This document shows, one piece after another, positions 1 through 12,749 of a stretch of DNA of 64,000 bases; within the stretch, counting starts at the first letter, position 1, and every line of letters begins with the position of its first letter. Below the pieces are notes generated by a model. It was given only the letters and a program-made list of their open reading frames with translations. It did not search any database and was not told the DNA's origin. The position numbers and the translations under genes were made by a program. The stretch comes from Acidimicrobiia bacterium (lineage in GTDB: Bacteria > Actinomycetota > Acidimicrobiia > Spongiisociales > JAHEDJ01). Where the stretch lies: positions 48,834-112,833 of the forward strand of contig JARGFH010000005.1 of assembly GCA_029210695.1 (NCBI GenBank), given 5' to 3'.

Positions 1-117
<117 letters not shown>

Positions 118-126
118 GAGGTCACC

Positions 127-687
127 GTGTTGTACGCACTGTCCACGGTGCTGGTCCTGGCCGCCGAAGAAGCAGAAGAGACCTCGAACGTTGGCCTTGT
201 CCTGCCCGACCCGTATGAACTGGTCGCCGGCATCATCGCCTTCGCCATCGTCTTCTTCTTCGTCTGGAAATGGGCGTTCCCGGCCATCGACAAGATGCTC
301 GAGGACCGTCAGCGGGCCATCAAGGGCCAGATGGAGGACGCCGAGGCCACCAAAGCCGAAGCACACAGCCTCCTCGACGACTATCGCAAGCAGCTCGCCG
401 ATGCCAAGGGCGAGGCCGCCGGGATCATCAACGAAGCCCGGTCGGCCGCCGAAGCCATGAAGGTCGATATCGTCGCCAAGGCTCAAACTGAAGCCGAGCA
501 CATCACCACCAAGGCCCGCCAGGATGCCGCCACCGAGCGCGATCGTGCCCTTGCCTCTGCCCGGGTCGAGGTTGCCAACCTGTCGATCGACCTCGCCGAG
601 CGGGTGGTCGGGGAGAACCTCGACCGCAGCGTCCAGCTGGGTCTAGTCGAACGGTACCTAGCCGACCTGGACAGGATGACCGAGTAG
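127..687 (+). CDS. atpF: ATP synthase F0 subunit b
   Basis: N-terminal TM helix, then long coiled coil (LEDRQRAIKGQMEDAE); operon position. Confidence 0.95.
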   Translation: MLYALSTVLVLAAEEAEETSNVGLVLPDPYELVAGIIAFAIVFFFVWKWAFPAIDKMLEDRQRAIKGQMEDAEATKAEAHSLLDDYRKQLADAKGEAAGIINEARSAAEAMKVDIVAKAQTEAEHITTKARQDAATERDRALASARVEVANLSIDLAERVVGENLDRSVQLGLVERYLADLDRMTE

Positions 688-1227
688 ATGGCCGCTGAAG
701 ACCGCATCCAGGGCTACGCGTCGGCGGTCTTCGAGATCGCCCGCGGTGAGGGTGAACTCGAACGAGTCGAGCGCGAACTCTTCAGAATCGCCCGAACCTT
801 CGAGAGCTCCAACGAGCTGCGGGAAGCGCTCACCGATCCTCGCCTCCCGCAGGAGCGCAAGCAGGGCGTCATCGACGACCTCCTTGGTGCCAGGGCGTCT
901 GAGCTGACCGTGTCCCTCGTCGGGTTCATCGTCGGCGCCGGTCACGCCTCCGAGCTGCCTGAGATCGTCGACGGGTTCGTTGCCAGGGCGGCCGCCGAAC
1001 GGCACCGGGCGATAGCAGAGGTGCGGTCGGCCGTTGAGCTCGACGCAGAGACGATTGCCCGTCTCGAGTCGGCGCTCGCCAAAGTGACCGGAAAACAGGT
1101 CGAAGTCAAAGTCGTCGTGGACCCGAAGGTTCTCGGCGGCATCGTCGCCCGCGTCGGCGACACCGTGATCGACGGCTCGGTTCGCAGCCGTCTCGACACG
1201 CTGCGAGACACGCTACAGAGCCGCTAA
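688..1227 (+). CDS. atpH: ATP synthase F1 subunit delta
   Basis: C-terminal [22 protein letters not shown] motif; operon position. Confidence 0.95.
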   Translation: MAAEDRIQGYASAVFEIARGEGELERVERELFRIARTFESSNELREALTDPRLPQERKQGVIDDLLGARASELTVSLVGFIVGAGHASELPEIVDGFVARAAAERHRAIAEVRSAVELDAETIARLESALAKVTGKQVEVKVVVDPKVLGGIVARVGDTVIDGSVRSRLDTLRDTLQSR

Positions 1228-1237
1228 GGAGTCACCG

Positions 1238-2755
<1,518 letters not shown>

Positions 2756-2761
2756 CGACCG

Positions 2762-5088
<2,327 letters not shown>

Positions 5089-5102
5089 TGTCCCCTCTTT
5101 TC

Positions 5103-5154
5103 CGTTTTCGCGCGGGAATCACCCCAAATAGGGTGGGATCCCCGCGCGAAAACG
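5103..5154. repeat. REP-like palindrome, family A, copy 1
   Basis: Perfect 14-bp arms CGTTTTCGCGCGGG ... CCCGCGCGAAAACG between atpD and atpC. Confidence 0.85.
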
Positions 5155-5173
5155 TGGTTTTGGGGGTGCGCTG

Positions 5174-5500
5174 ATGGCTAAGCCCTTCAACGTTGATGTT
5201 GTGTCGCCCGAGGCCACCGTTTGGTCCGGAGAAGCGACCTTCGTCGTGGCGCGGACCACCGAAGGCGAGATCGGCATCATGGCCGATCATGAGCCGGTCA
5301 TGGCGGCGCTGGCCACCGGGGCGGTGAAGATCGAGTCGGGAGCTGAAACCGTCACCATCGGCGTGCACGGCGGATTCCTCCAGATTCTCAACAATCAGGT
5401 GACCTTGCTCACCGACCGGGCCGAACTCGCCAAGGGCGACGCCGACGCGGCCAGAAAAGTGGCCGAAGGGCTGCGCCAACTCGAAGAAGGCGCCGAGTAG
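5174..5500 (+). CDS. atpC: ATP synthase F1 subunit epsilon
   Basis: VVSPEATVWSGEA, GEIGIMADHEP, VHGGFLQI. Confidence 0.95.
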   Translation: MAKPFNVDVVSPEATVWSGEATFVVARTTEGEIGIMADHEPVMAALATGAVKIESGAETVTIGVHGGFLQILNNQVTLLTDRAELAKGDADAARKVAEGLRQLEEGAE

Positions 5501-5700
5501 GAGCGTCGCGGGTCGCGTGATCCTCGTCTCTGCGATGAGGTGATCGGTTTCGGAGGCTGGTCGGCGACCTTTTTAGGTCTTCGCGTCTTGTCGGGTGGCC
5601 CAAAATCTATCTAGCATCAAATCGTGTCTTTGCCGGCTATCGCACGCTGGGAAACAGCTTCACATCCGCGACGGCCGGTTCTACCGAAAGAAGGAATCTG

Positions 5701-7047
5701 ATGAAGAACTGGAAAGCCCTTCTGGGGCTCATCCTGGCCTTCTCGTTGATTGTCGCCGCATGTGGCAGCGACACGACCGAGACGACCGAGGGAGTGGCAG
5801 CCCCTAGTACTACAGCTGCTCCGGCGACGACCACAACAGAGGCCGCTCCGGAAACCACCACGACACTCGCCGATACCGGCGGGACGACCACAACGACGCT
5901 GCCGCCGGTTGTCCGGGCCGACGCCGACCTGGTGATCTGGGCCGACGATACCCGTGCTCCTGCGATCACGCCGTTCGCCGAGCAGTTCGGCGCAGACAAC
6001 GGCCTGACCGTTGCCGTGCAGGAAGTCGGCTCCGGCCAAATCCGCGACCGTCTGATTGTCGCCGGTCCGGCCGGTGAGGGTCCCGACATCATCATCGGAG
6101 CCCACGACTGGCTTGGCCAGCTCGTCGACAGCGGTGTTGTCGCTCCCCTAGACGTGAGCGCCGTCGCAGATCAGTTCAGTGAGGCCTCGATCCAGGCATT
6201 CAACTATGAGGGTCAGATCTACGGCCTGCCTACCTCAGTCGAGAACATTGCGCTGGTCCGCAATGTCGACCTCGTCCCGGATGCTCCGGCGACGTTCGAA
6301 GAACTGGCCGAGGTCGCCCTGGCCCTCTTCGCGGCCGGTGACGTAGAAGTCCCGCTGGCGCTGCAAGAAAACGGTAACGGCGATCCGTATCACAACTACC
6401 CGCTGGTCACCTCCTACGGTGGCTATGTGTTCGGCGTCAACGCCGACGGCAGCTACAACCCTGAGGACGTGGGCATCGACAGCGAAGGTGGCCTCGCCGC
6501 CGCCCAGGCGTTCAGCGACTATGCCGCCTCCGGCCTGATCAACGTCGACGTCACCTACGACATCATGACCGAAAGCTTCGGCAACGGCACCGCGCCCTTC
6601 GCCATCACCGGTCCATGGGCGTTGCCCAGCTTCGAGGGCGTTAATTACGTGGTGGAGCCGATCCCGCCGGCGGCCGGCGGCGAACCGCAGCCGTTCATCG
6701 GCGTGCAAGGCTTCATGATTTCGGCGTTCGCAGAGAACCCGATCTTTGCCCAGACCTTCGTACTCGACTTCATGTCGACGCAGGAGGCTCAGGTGGCGCT
6801 GTTCCAGGCTGATCCCCGTCCGCCCGCTCATCTCGGCGCATTCGCCGAGGTGTCGGCAGATAACCAGGCGATTCAGGGCTTCGGCCTCTCGGGCCAGAAC
6901 GGCTATCCCATGCCTGCTATCCCTGAGATGGGATCTGTCTGGACCGCCTGGACGGATGCGTACGAACTCATCCTGACTGGTGGGGATCCCATCGCAGCGT
7001 TCACCGACGCGGCCGCGCAGATCCGAACGCTGATCGCCGCAGGTTGA
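5701..7047 (+). CDS. malE: Maltose/maltodextrin ABC transporter substrate-binding lipoprotein
   Basis: Lipobox IVAAC, Thr-rich stalk, GPDIIIGAHDWLG, AITGPW, PFIGVQG, MPAIPEMGSVW. Confidence 0.88.
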   Translation: MKNWKALLGLILAFSLIVAACGSDTTETTEGVAAPSTTAAPATTTTEAAPETTTTLADTGGTTTTTLPPVVRADADLVIWADDTRAPAITPFAEQFGADNGLTVAVQEVGSGQIRDRLIVAGPAGEGPDIIIGAHDWLGQLVDSGVVAPLDVSAVADQFSEASIQAFNYEGQIYGLPTSVENIALVRNVDLVPDAPATFEELAEVALALFAAGDVEVPLALQENGNGDPYHNYPLVTSYGGYVFGVNADGSYNPEDVGIDSEGGLAAAQAFSDYAASGLINVDVTYDIMTESFGNGTAPFAITGPWALPSFEGVNYVVEPIPPAAGGEPQPFIGVQGFMISAFAENPIFAQTFVLDFMSTQEAQVALFQADPRPPAHLGAFAEVSADNQAIQGFGLSGQNGYPMPAIPEMGSVWTAWTDAYELILTGGDPIAAFTDAAAQIRTLIAAG

Positions 7048-7054
7048 TCAGTCC

Positions 7055-8674
7055 GTGAAGCAAGGCGAACCGGGCAGGGTTGAGGAGACCGGGCTTTCGG
7101 GCCCGTCCGACCCTGCCGGTTCTCCGGTGAGCCGGGAGGAGCGATCCTCCCGGCTCTCGCTATCCGGTGGCACGATCCTCAAGCTGCTGTTCCTGGCGGC
7201 GGTCAACGCGATCGCACTGGCATCGATTCCCACCATTTGGACGGCGCGTTGGTGGGCCGGTCTGATCGTTGTCGTTGGAGCGACATTGCTCCTCGATATC
7301 GCCTACCTGACGAGACGGGCAATTCCCCTCAAGTATCTGATTCCCGGGACGATCTTTGCTCTCATCTTCCAGGTGGTCCCGGTCGTGTACTCGGGCTACA
7401 TCGCATTCACCAACTACGGCACCGGGAACGTGCTCACCAAGGAGCAGGTGCTCGACAGTATCTCTACTCGGGTATCCAACGTGCCCGGTGCTACCCGCTA
7501 CCAGGCCAACGTTCTGGCAGCGGACGGAGGTACGGGCGAGTTTGCTCTCCTCCTGACCGACGACGCAGGCAATCAGTTCCTTGGAACCCCCGAAGGCCTC
7601 CAGGATCCCGGTGACATCGTGCTCGACGACGCCGGCAAGGTGACGGAAGTCGACGGCTACTCAGCACTTGCGTTGCGCGATCTGGCCGATCGGCAAGACG
7701 AGTTGCAGAGCGAATTCGAGATCCCGACCGAACAGGGGGTCATCCGGGTCGTCACCGCCACCAGCGCAGCTCTCTATGAGGCCGTATTCCAATATGACGA
7801 AGCCTCCGACACGGTGACCAATATCGAGACGGGCATCACCTACACGCCGGTCGAGGGCAACTTCGTCAGCAGCACCGGCGAGAAACTCACCCCGGGTTGG
7901 GTGGCAAACATCGGCTGGAAGAACTTCAGTCGTATCTTCACCTCCCAGGCCATTCGCGGACCGTTCGTTCGGGTCTTTCTGTGGAACTATGCGTTTGCAC
8001 TTCTCAGCGTCCTGTTCACATTCGTGGTCGGACTTGGGCTGGCTATGACGCTCAACCATCCAACCATGCGCGGTAAGAAGATCTACCGCTCGTTCCTGAT
8101 CTTCCCGTATGCACTTCCGGCATTCCTGACCGCCCTCGTGTGGGCCGGGATGCTCAACCAGGAGTACGGGGTCGTCAACGATGTACTCAGCACAAACATC
8201 CCCTGGTTGCGTGACCCCTGGATGGCCAAGCTCTCCGTTCTCCTCGTCAACCTCTGGCTCGGCTTCCCCTACATGTTCCTGATCACGACGGGGGCATTGC
8301 AGGCGATCCCCGAAGATCTCAAGGAAGCTGCCTTCGTCGACGGAGCGACGCCGCGCCAGGCGTTTCGCCGAATCACCTTCCCGCTATTGCTGGTTTCCGT
8401 GGCCCCGCTGCTGATCGCCTCCTTCGCATTCAACTTCAACAACTTCAACATCATCTACCTCCTCAACGGCGGCGGTCCGCCGATTGCCGGCGCTCAAACT
8501 CCGGCCGGACATACCGACATCTTGATCAGCTACACCTACCGGCTGGCCTTTGAAGCCGGGAGTGGGTCGGACTTCGGTTTCGCCTCGGCTATAGCCATCA
8601 TGATCTTCATCATGGTCGCCACTATCTCGGCCCTTAGTTTCCGCCGTACCCGCGCTCTGGAGGACCTTGCCTGA
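7055..8674 (+). CDS. malF: Maltodextrin ABC permease with large extracytoplasmic loop
   Basis: YIAFTNY, NLWLGFPY, EAAFVDGA (EAA loop), FAFNFNNF, TDILISYTY. Confidence 0.9.
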   Translation: MKQGEPGRVEETGLSGPSDPAGSPVSREERSSRLSLSGGTILKLLFLAAVNAIALASIPTIWTARWWAGLIVVVGATLLLDIAYLTRRAIPLKYLIPGTIFALIFQVVPVVYSGYIAFTNYGTGNVLTKEQVLDSISTRVSNVPGATRYQANVLAADGGTGEFALLLTDDAGNQFLGTPEGLQDPGDIVLDDAGKVTEVDGYSALALRDLADRQDELQSEFEIPTEQGVIRVVTATSAALYEAVFQYDEASDTVTNIETGITYTPVEGNFVSSTGEKLTPGWVANIGWKNFSRIFTSQAIRGPFVRVFLWNYAFALLSVLFTFVVGLGLAMTLNHPTMRGKKIYRSFLIFPYALPAFLTALVWAGMLNQEYGVVNDVLSTNIPWLRDPWMAKLSVLLVNLWLGFPYMFLITTGALQAIPEDLKEAAFVDGATPRQAFRRITFPLLLVSVAPLLIASFAFNFNNFNIIYLLNGGGPPIAGAQTPAGHTDILISYTYRLAFEAGSGSDFGFASAIAIMIFIMVATISALSFRRTRALEDLA

Positions 8675-9597
8675 TGGTTGTCGACAGCACCCGAGTCGAA
8701 CAGAACACCACCGCTGAGCTGCAACGGCCGGGGCAGCAGTCCTCGTTCGTCAGGTGGTTCCGAAACACCGGCTGGCGTCATCTCGTGGCATGGCTGGCGC
8801 TCGTCTTTGCTCTGTTTCCGGTGATCTGGATCATCTCTGCCTCGTTCAACCCCCTCGGGTCGCTCCAGTCGCAGACCTTGATTCCCAGCAACGTGACCCT
8901 CGACAACTACAGGGAGTTGTTCGAAGAAACGGACTACGCCTACTGGTACAGGAACACGATGTTGATCGCCGGCGGCGCCGCGGCACTGCAGGTCTTGCTG
9001 GCGGCGTTTGCCGCCTACGCCTTCTCGCGGATGCGGTTTCGCGGTCGTCGGACCGGCCTGCTGACGGTGCTCTTGATTCAGATGTTCCCTCAACTCCTTG
9101 CCTTTGTGGCGATCTTCCTGATGATGGTGCAGATCAAGGGCGTGTTCCCCGCGGTCGGCCTGGGTACCAAGATCGGACTCCTCCTCATCTATCTAGGCGG
9201 AGCAATGGGCGTCAACGTATGGCTCATGAAGGGATTCTTCGACACGGTGCCGGTCGACCTCGACGAGTCCGCCAAGGTGGACGGAGCTACCCATTCGCAG
9301 ATCTTCTTCCGGATAATCCTGCCCCTCGTCGCGCCCATCCTGGCGGTGATCTTTCTCCTCTCCTTCATCATGTTGCTCAACGACTTCGTGCTGGCCGACG
9401 CGGTTCTGGGTCAAGGCAGTTCCAAGAACTACACGATGGCCGTGGGTCTCTATCGATTCCTGACCGACCAGTTCAATCAACGATGGGGACCCTTCGCCGC
9501 GGGTGCCCTTCTGCTGGGGCTCCCGGTCATCGTCCTGTTCTTATTCCTGCAGCGGTTCATCGTGTCCGGGCTGACCCAGGGTTCGGTCAAGGGATGA
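8674..9597 (+). CDS. malG: Maltodextrin ABC permease
   Basis: AYAFSRMRFRGR, LIQMFP, KGFFDTVPVDLDESAKVDGA, GLTQGSVKG; 1-nt overlap with malF. Confidence 0.92.
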   Translation: MVVDSTRVEQNTTAELQRPGQQSSFVRWFRNTGWRHLVAWLALVFALFPVIWIISASFNPLGSLQSQTLIPSNVTLDNYRELFEETDYAYWYRNTMLIAGGAAALQVLLAAFAAYAFSRMRFRGRRTGLLTVLLIQMFPQLLAFVAIFLMMVQIKGVFPAVGLGTKIGLLLIYLGGAMGVNVWLMKGFFDTVPVDLDESAKVDGATHSQIFFRIILPLVAPILAVIFLLSFIMLLNDFVLADAVLGQGSSKNYTMAVGLYRFLTDQFNQRWGPFAAGALLLGLPVIVLFLFLQRFIVSGLTQGSVKG

Positions 9598-9632
9598 GGC
9601 GCCGGTCGCTGGTCGCGAGTCGCGGGTAGCAC

Positions 9633-12600
9633 GTGCCGTCGTTGCACCGTCTTTTCGCACCGATCGTGGTTCTTGCTCTTGTGGCCGCAGCTTGCACCGG
9701 GGCCGCAAACGAAACGACCACGACCACGGCTCCCGTCACCACCCCCACGTCACTCCCACCGGCGGCCACTACGACCATGCCGGCCGTCTACGACGGACCA
9801 CCCCTGTACGTCAACCTGATGTGGCACCAGCACCAGCCGTTCTATCCCAAGGATGAAAACGGCGTCTATACCCGGCCGTGGGTGCGGCTACACGCCACCA
9901 AGGACTACTACGACATGGTCGCCATGGTCGGGAGCTACCCAGGTCTCAACGTCACGTTCAACCTGACCCCGGTGCTGCTGCGGCAACTCGAGGACCTGGC
10001 CGGCGGCGCCAAGGACATCTACTGGACGATGGCCGAACTGCCGGCATCGTCGCTGAGCGACGACGAGAAAACGTTCATTCTCGAGCGTTTCTTCGACGTC
10101 AATCCCCAGATCATCGCTCGCTTCCCACGCTTTCAAGAGTTAGCCGACAGCCGGGGCGGGTCGACCGGCGAAAGTGCCCTGGAACAATGGTCGAGCCAGG
10201 ACTTCCTCGACCTCCAGGTGCTCTTCAACCTGGCCTGGACCGATCCCGACTTCCTGGCGGAGGAGCCGCTGGCAGCCCTCGTAGCCAGGGAGCGCGATTT
10301 CACCGAGGAAGACAAGGTCGTTGTCTTCGGTGAGCACCTGCGCATCATCCAGGAGATCATTCCGCTGCACGCTCGTCTGTGGAAGGAGGGCGTGATCGAG
10401 GTCACCACCACGCCGCTGGCGCATCCCATCCTGCCGCTCATCGCCGACACCGACCTCGCCCTCGCCGGCGATCCCACCGCTCTACTGCCGGACGACCGCT
10501 TCCGGGAGGTCGCCGATGCCGACCAGCACATCGTCCGGGGCCTCGACGAAGCGGAACGGCTCCTCGGGGCCCGGCCTACCGGCATGTGGCCCGGTGAGGG
10601 ATCAGTGGCCGAACTGGTGATGGGCTTGTTCTCCAAAGACGGCGTCGAGTGGGTGGCGACCGGGGAGGACGTGCTGGCCAGGAGCCTCGACCTCGGTTCG
10701 TTCACCAGGAACGCAGATGAAACGGTGGAGCAGGGAGACCTGCTCTACCGGCCGTGGGCGGCCGAGCCGAACCGACCACCCAACGTTGGCATGTTCTTTC
10801 GCGATGTCCGTCTCTCCGATCTGATCGGCTTCGAGTATTCGGGAACCGATCCGCAGGAAGCTGCCGCCGATTTCTTGCAGCGGCTCGAGAACATCCGTGA
10901 CTCACTCGACATGCAGTCCGCCGCCGACGCCGGCCTGCCCTACGTGGTGTCGGTGATCCTCGACGGAGAGAACGCCTGGGAGAACTACCCCAACGACGGC
11001 AAGGATTTCCTCGACGCGCTCTACACCATGCTGACCACGACCGACTGGATCGAGACCATCACGCCGAGCGTGTACCTGGAGCGGTTCGGCGAACCCGAGG
11101 TGATCGACGAGGTGTTCCCGGCTGCGTGGTTCCAGCCGAACTTCGCCACCTGGATCGGAGAGAAAGAAGAAGCGACGGCCTGGGACTACCTCTACGACGT
11201 TCGCCGGGATCTCAGAGCGGCCGAGCAAAGCGGTGACTACGCCGCCGAAGCGCTCGAGGCCGCGTTTGAGACAATGCTCTACGCCGAAGGCTCCGACTGG
11301 TTCTGGTGGTACGGCGCCGACCAGGAATCCGGCGACGACGGCTACTTCGATCGCGCCTACCGTGAGCTGCTCGGGCAGGTCTACGACCTCCTCGACCTCG
11401 CGCGGCCGACCTTCATCCAGGTCCCGATCATCCCCCAACTGCCAGTGGTGGCGGACCAGCAACCCGCCGATCTCCTCACCGTGACGATCGACGGTACGAG
11501 GGAGGACGCATGGGACCGGGCGGGAGGCTACGGCGACACGGTGCCGGGAGGAATCGACTGGGCCTTCGACAAGGAGAACCTCTACTTGTTCGTCGGCGTA
11601 GGCGCAGGTAGTCGATTCGACATCTACCTGGGCGCGCCGTCCGGCTCGAGCAGGCCCGTGACCGAGTCGGGAGCGGTGCTGGGCTTTGGAGCGACCCACG
11701 TTCTTCGCTGGGACGGTGCGACGAGCTGTGTCGAAGCGCCGATCGGACCTACTCCGGATCCTTGCCTGCCGGTTGCCGGCGCGGTTCTCGAAGGTGGCGG
11801 TATCGAGTTCGCAGTGCCGCTGAGCGCGCTCGGTGCGCTCGAACCGGGCGACACGATTCTCGCCAAGTTCGTACAGGGCACGACCCCGTCGCCGGCGGCC
11901 GGACCGATGGCGTTTCAGGTGCCGGACATCTCCAATATCCAGGTGTTTCTCGACGTTGAAGACCCCGTTGGCGATGATCATGGTCCCGGGTCGTACACCT
12001 ATCCGGCCGATGTCGTCTTCCTGACGGGGAGCTACGACCTCAGCCGCTTTCAGGTCGGAACCGAAAACGGAGACCTGGTGCTCACGTTCGAGGTCGTTGC
12101 TCCCATTCAGAATCCGTGGGGTTCTCCCAGGAACTTCTCGGTCCAGACCTTCGACGTATACGTCGATCAGGATCCGGGGGCGGGAACCGGGGCGAGGCTG
12201 CTGATTCCCGGGCGCAACGCCTCACTCGAAGAGGGGGATGGGTGGGAGTACGGCATCACGCTGGAAGGATGGCAACCGGCGATCTATGTCGCCGACGCGG
12301 CGGGGGACCAGGAGGAAACCAGCCCTACGTTCAACGTGACCACGTTCGGGGACAAGGGCAAGGTCGTGGCCAGGATCCCCCTCGAGCTGTTCGGCGGAGG
12401 TGATCCCACCGGCTGGGGCTACGCGGCCGTCGTGCTGAGCCAGGAAGGTTATCCATCAACCGGAGTGCGGCGGGTTCGCGATGTCGAGGGCACCGCACAG
12501 CAGTGGGTCCTCGGTGGGGGACCGGCCGACCTCAACCACACCCGGATCATCGACGTTGCCTATCCCGCAGCCGGCGTCCAGGAGGACGGGCTGTCGGCGT

Positions 12601-12680
12601 ATGTGGCGGCCTCCTCCGGCTCGATCGACGACCTCGGTGCCGGCGACTTCGGAACGATTCCGCTCAACCTCGCCGACTGA
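9633..12680 (+). CDS. GH57 amylopullulanase-like lipoprotein with C-terminal glucodextranase-C/DOMON-like domain
   Basis: Lipobox VAAAC; HQHQP; WVRLHATKDYY; WPGEGSV (nucleophile Glu); LDGENAWENY (acid/base Asp); AEGSDWFWWYG; C-terminal DPVGDDHGPGSYTYP and NPWGSPRNFSVQTFDVY. Confidence 0.88.
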   Translation: MPSLHRLFAPIVVLALVAAACTGAANETTTTTAPVTTPTSLPPAATTTMPAVYDGPPLYVNLMWHQHQPFYPKDENGVYTRPWVRLHATKDYYDMVAMVGSYPGLNVTFNLTPVLLRQLEDLAGGAKDIYWTMAELPASSLSDDEKTFILERFFDVNPQIIARFPRFQELADSRGGSTGESALEQWSSQDFLDLQVLFNLAWTDPDFLAEEPLAALVARERDFTEEDKVVVFGEHLRIIQEIIPLHARLWKEGVIEVTTTPLAHPILPLIADTDLALAGDPTALLPDDRFREVADADQHIVRGLDEAERLLGARPTGMWPGEGSVAELVMGLFSKDGVEWVATGEDVLARSLDLGSFTRNADETVEQGDLLYRPWAAEPNRPPNVGMFFRDVRLSDLIGFEYSGTDPQEAAADFLQRLENIRDSLDMQSAADAGLPYVVSVILDGENAWENYPNDGKDFLDALYTMLTTTDWIETITPSVYLERFGEPEVIDEVFPAAWFQPNFATWIGEKEEATAWDYLYDVRRDLRAAEQSGDYAAEALEAAFETMLYAEGSDWFWWYGADQESGDDGYFDRAYRELLGQVYDLLDLARPTFIQVPIIPQLPVVADQQPADLLTVTIDGTREDAWDRAGGYGDTVPGGIDWAFDKENLYLFVGVGAGSRFDIYLGAPSGSSRPVTESGAVLGFGATHVLRWDGATSCVEAPIGPTPDPCLPVAGAVLEGGGIEFAVPLSALGALEPGDTILAKFVQGTTPSPAAGPMAFQVPDISNIQVFLDVEDPVGDDHGPGSYTYPADVVFLTGSYDLSRFQVGTENGDLVLTFEVVAPIQNPWGSPRNFSVQTFDVYVDQDPGAGTGARLLIPGRNASLEEGDGWEYGITLEGWQPAIYVADAAGDQEETSPTFNVTTFGDKGKVVARIPLELFGGGDPTGWGYAAVVLSQEGYPSTGVRRVRDVEGTAQQWVLGGGPADLNHTRIIDVAYPAAGVQEDGLSAYVAASSGSIDDLGAGDFGTIPLNLAD

Positions 12681-12691
12681 CCCCTGTTCCT

Positions 12692-12749
12692 CTGCGTTTT
12701 CGCGCGGCATTCGCTCGCCATAGGAAGACATCGCCGCGCCAGAACGCAG
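12692..12749. repeat. REP-like palindrome, family A, copy 2 (imperfect)
   Basis: CTGCGTTTTCGCGCGGC ... GCCGCGCCAGAACGCAG between the convergent GH57 and GH13 genes. Confidence 0.75.

Noticed and set aside
5648-5664. TGGGAAACAGCTTCACA upstream of malE as a CRP or LacI site
   Set aside because: Spacing is N7 rather than N6 and it lacks the central CG of LacI operators; too weak to call
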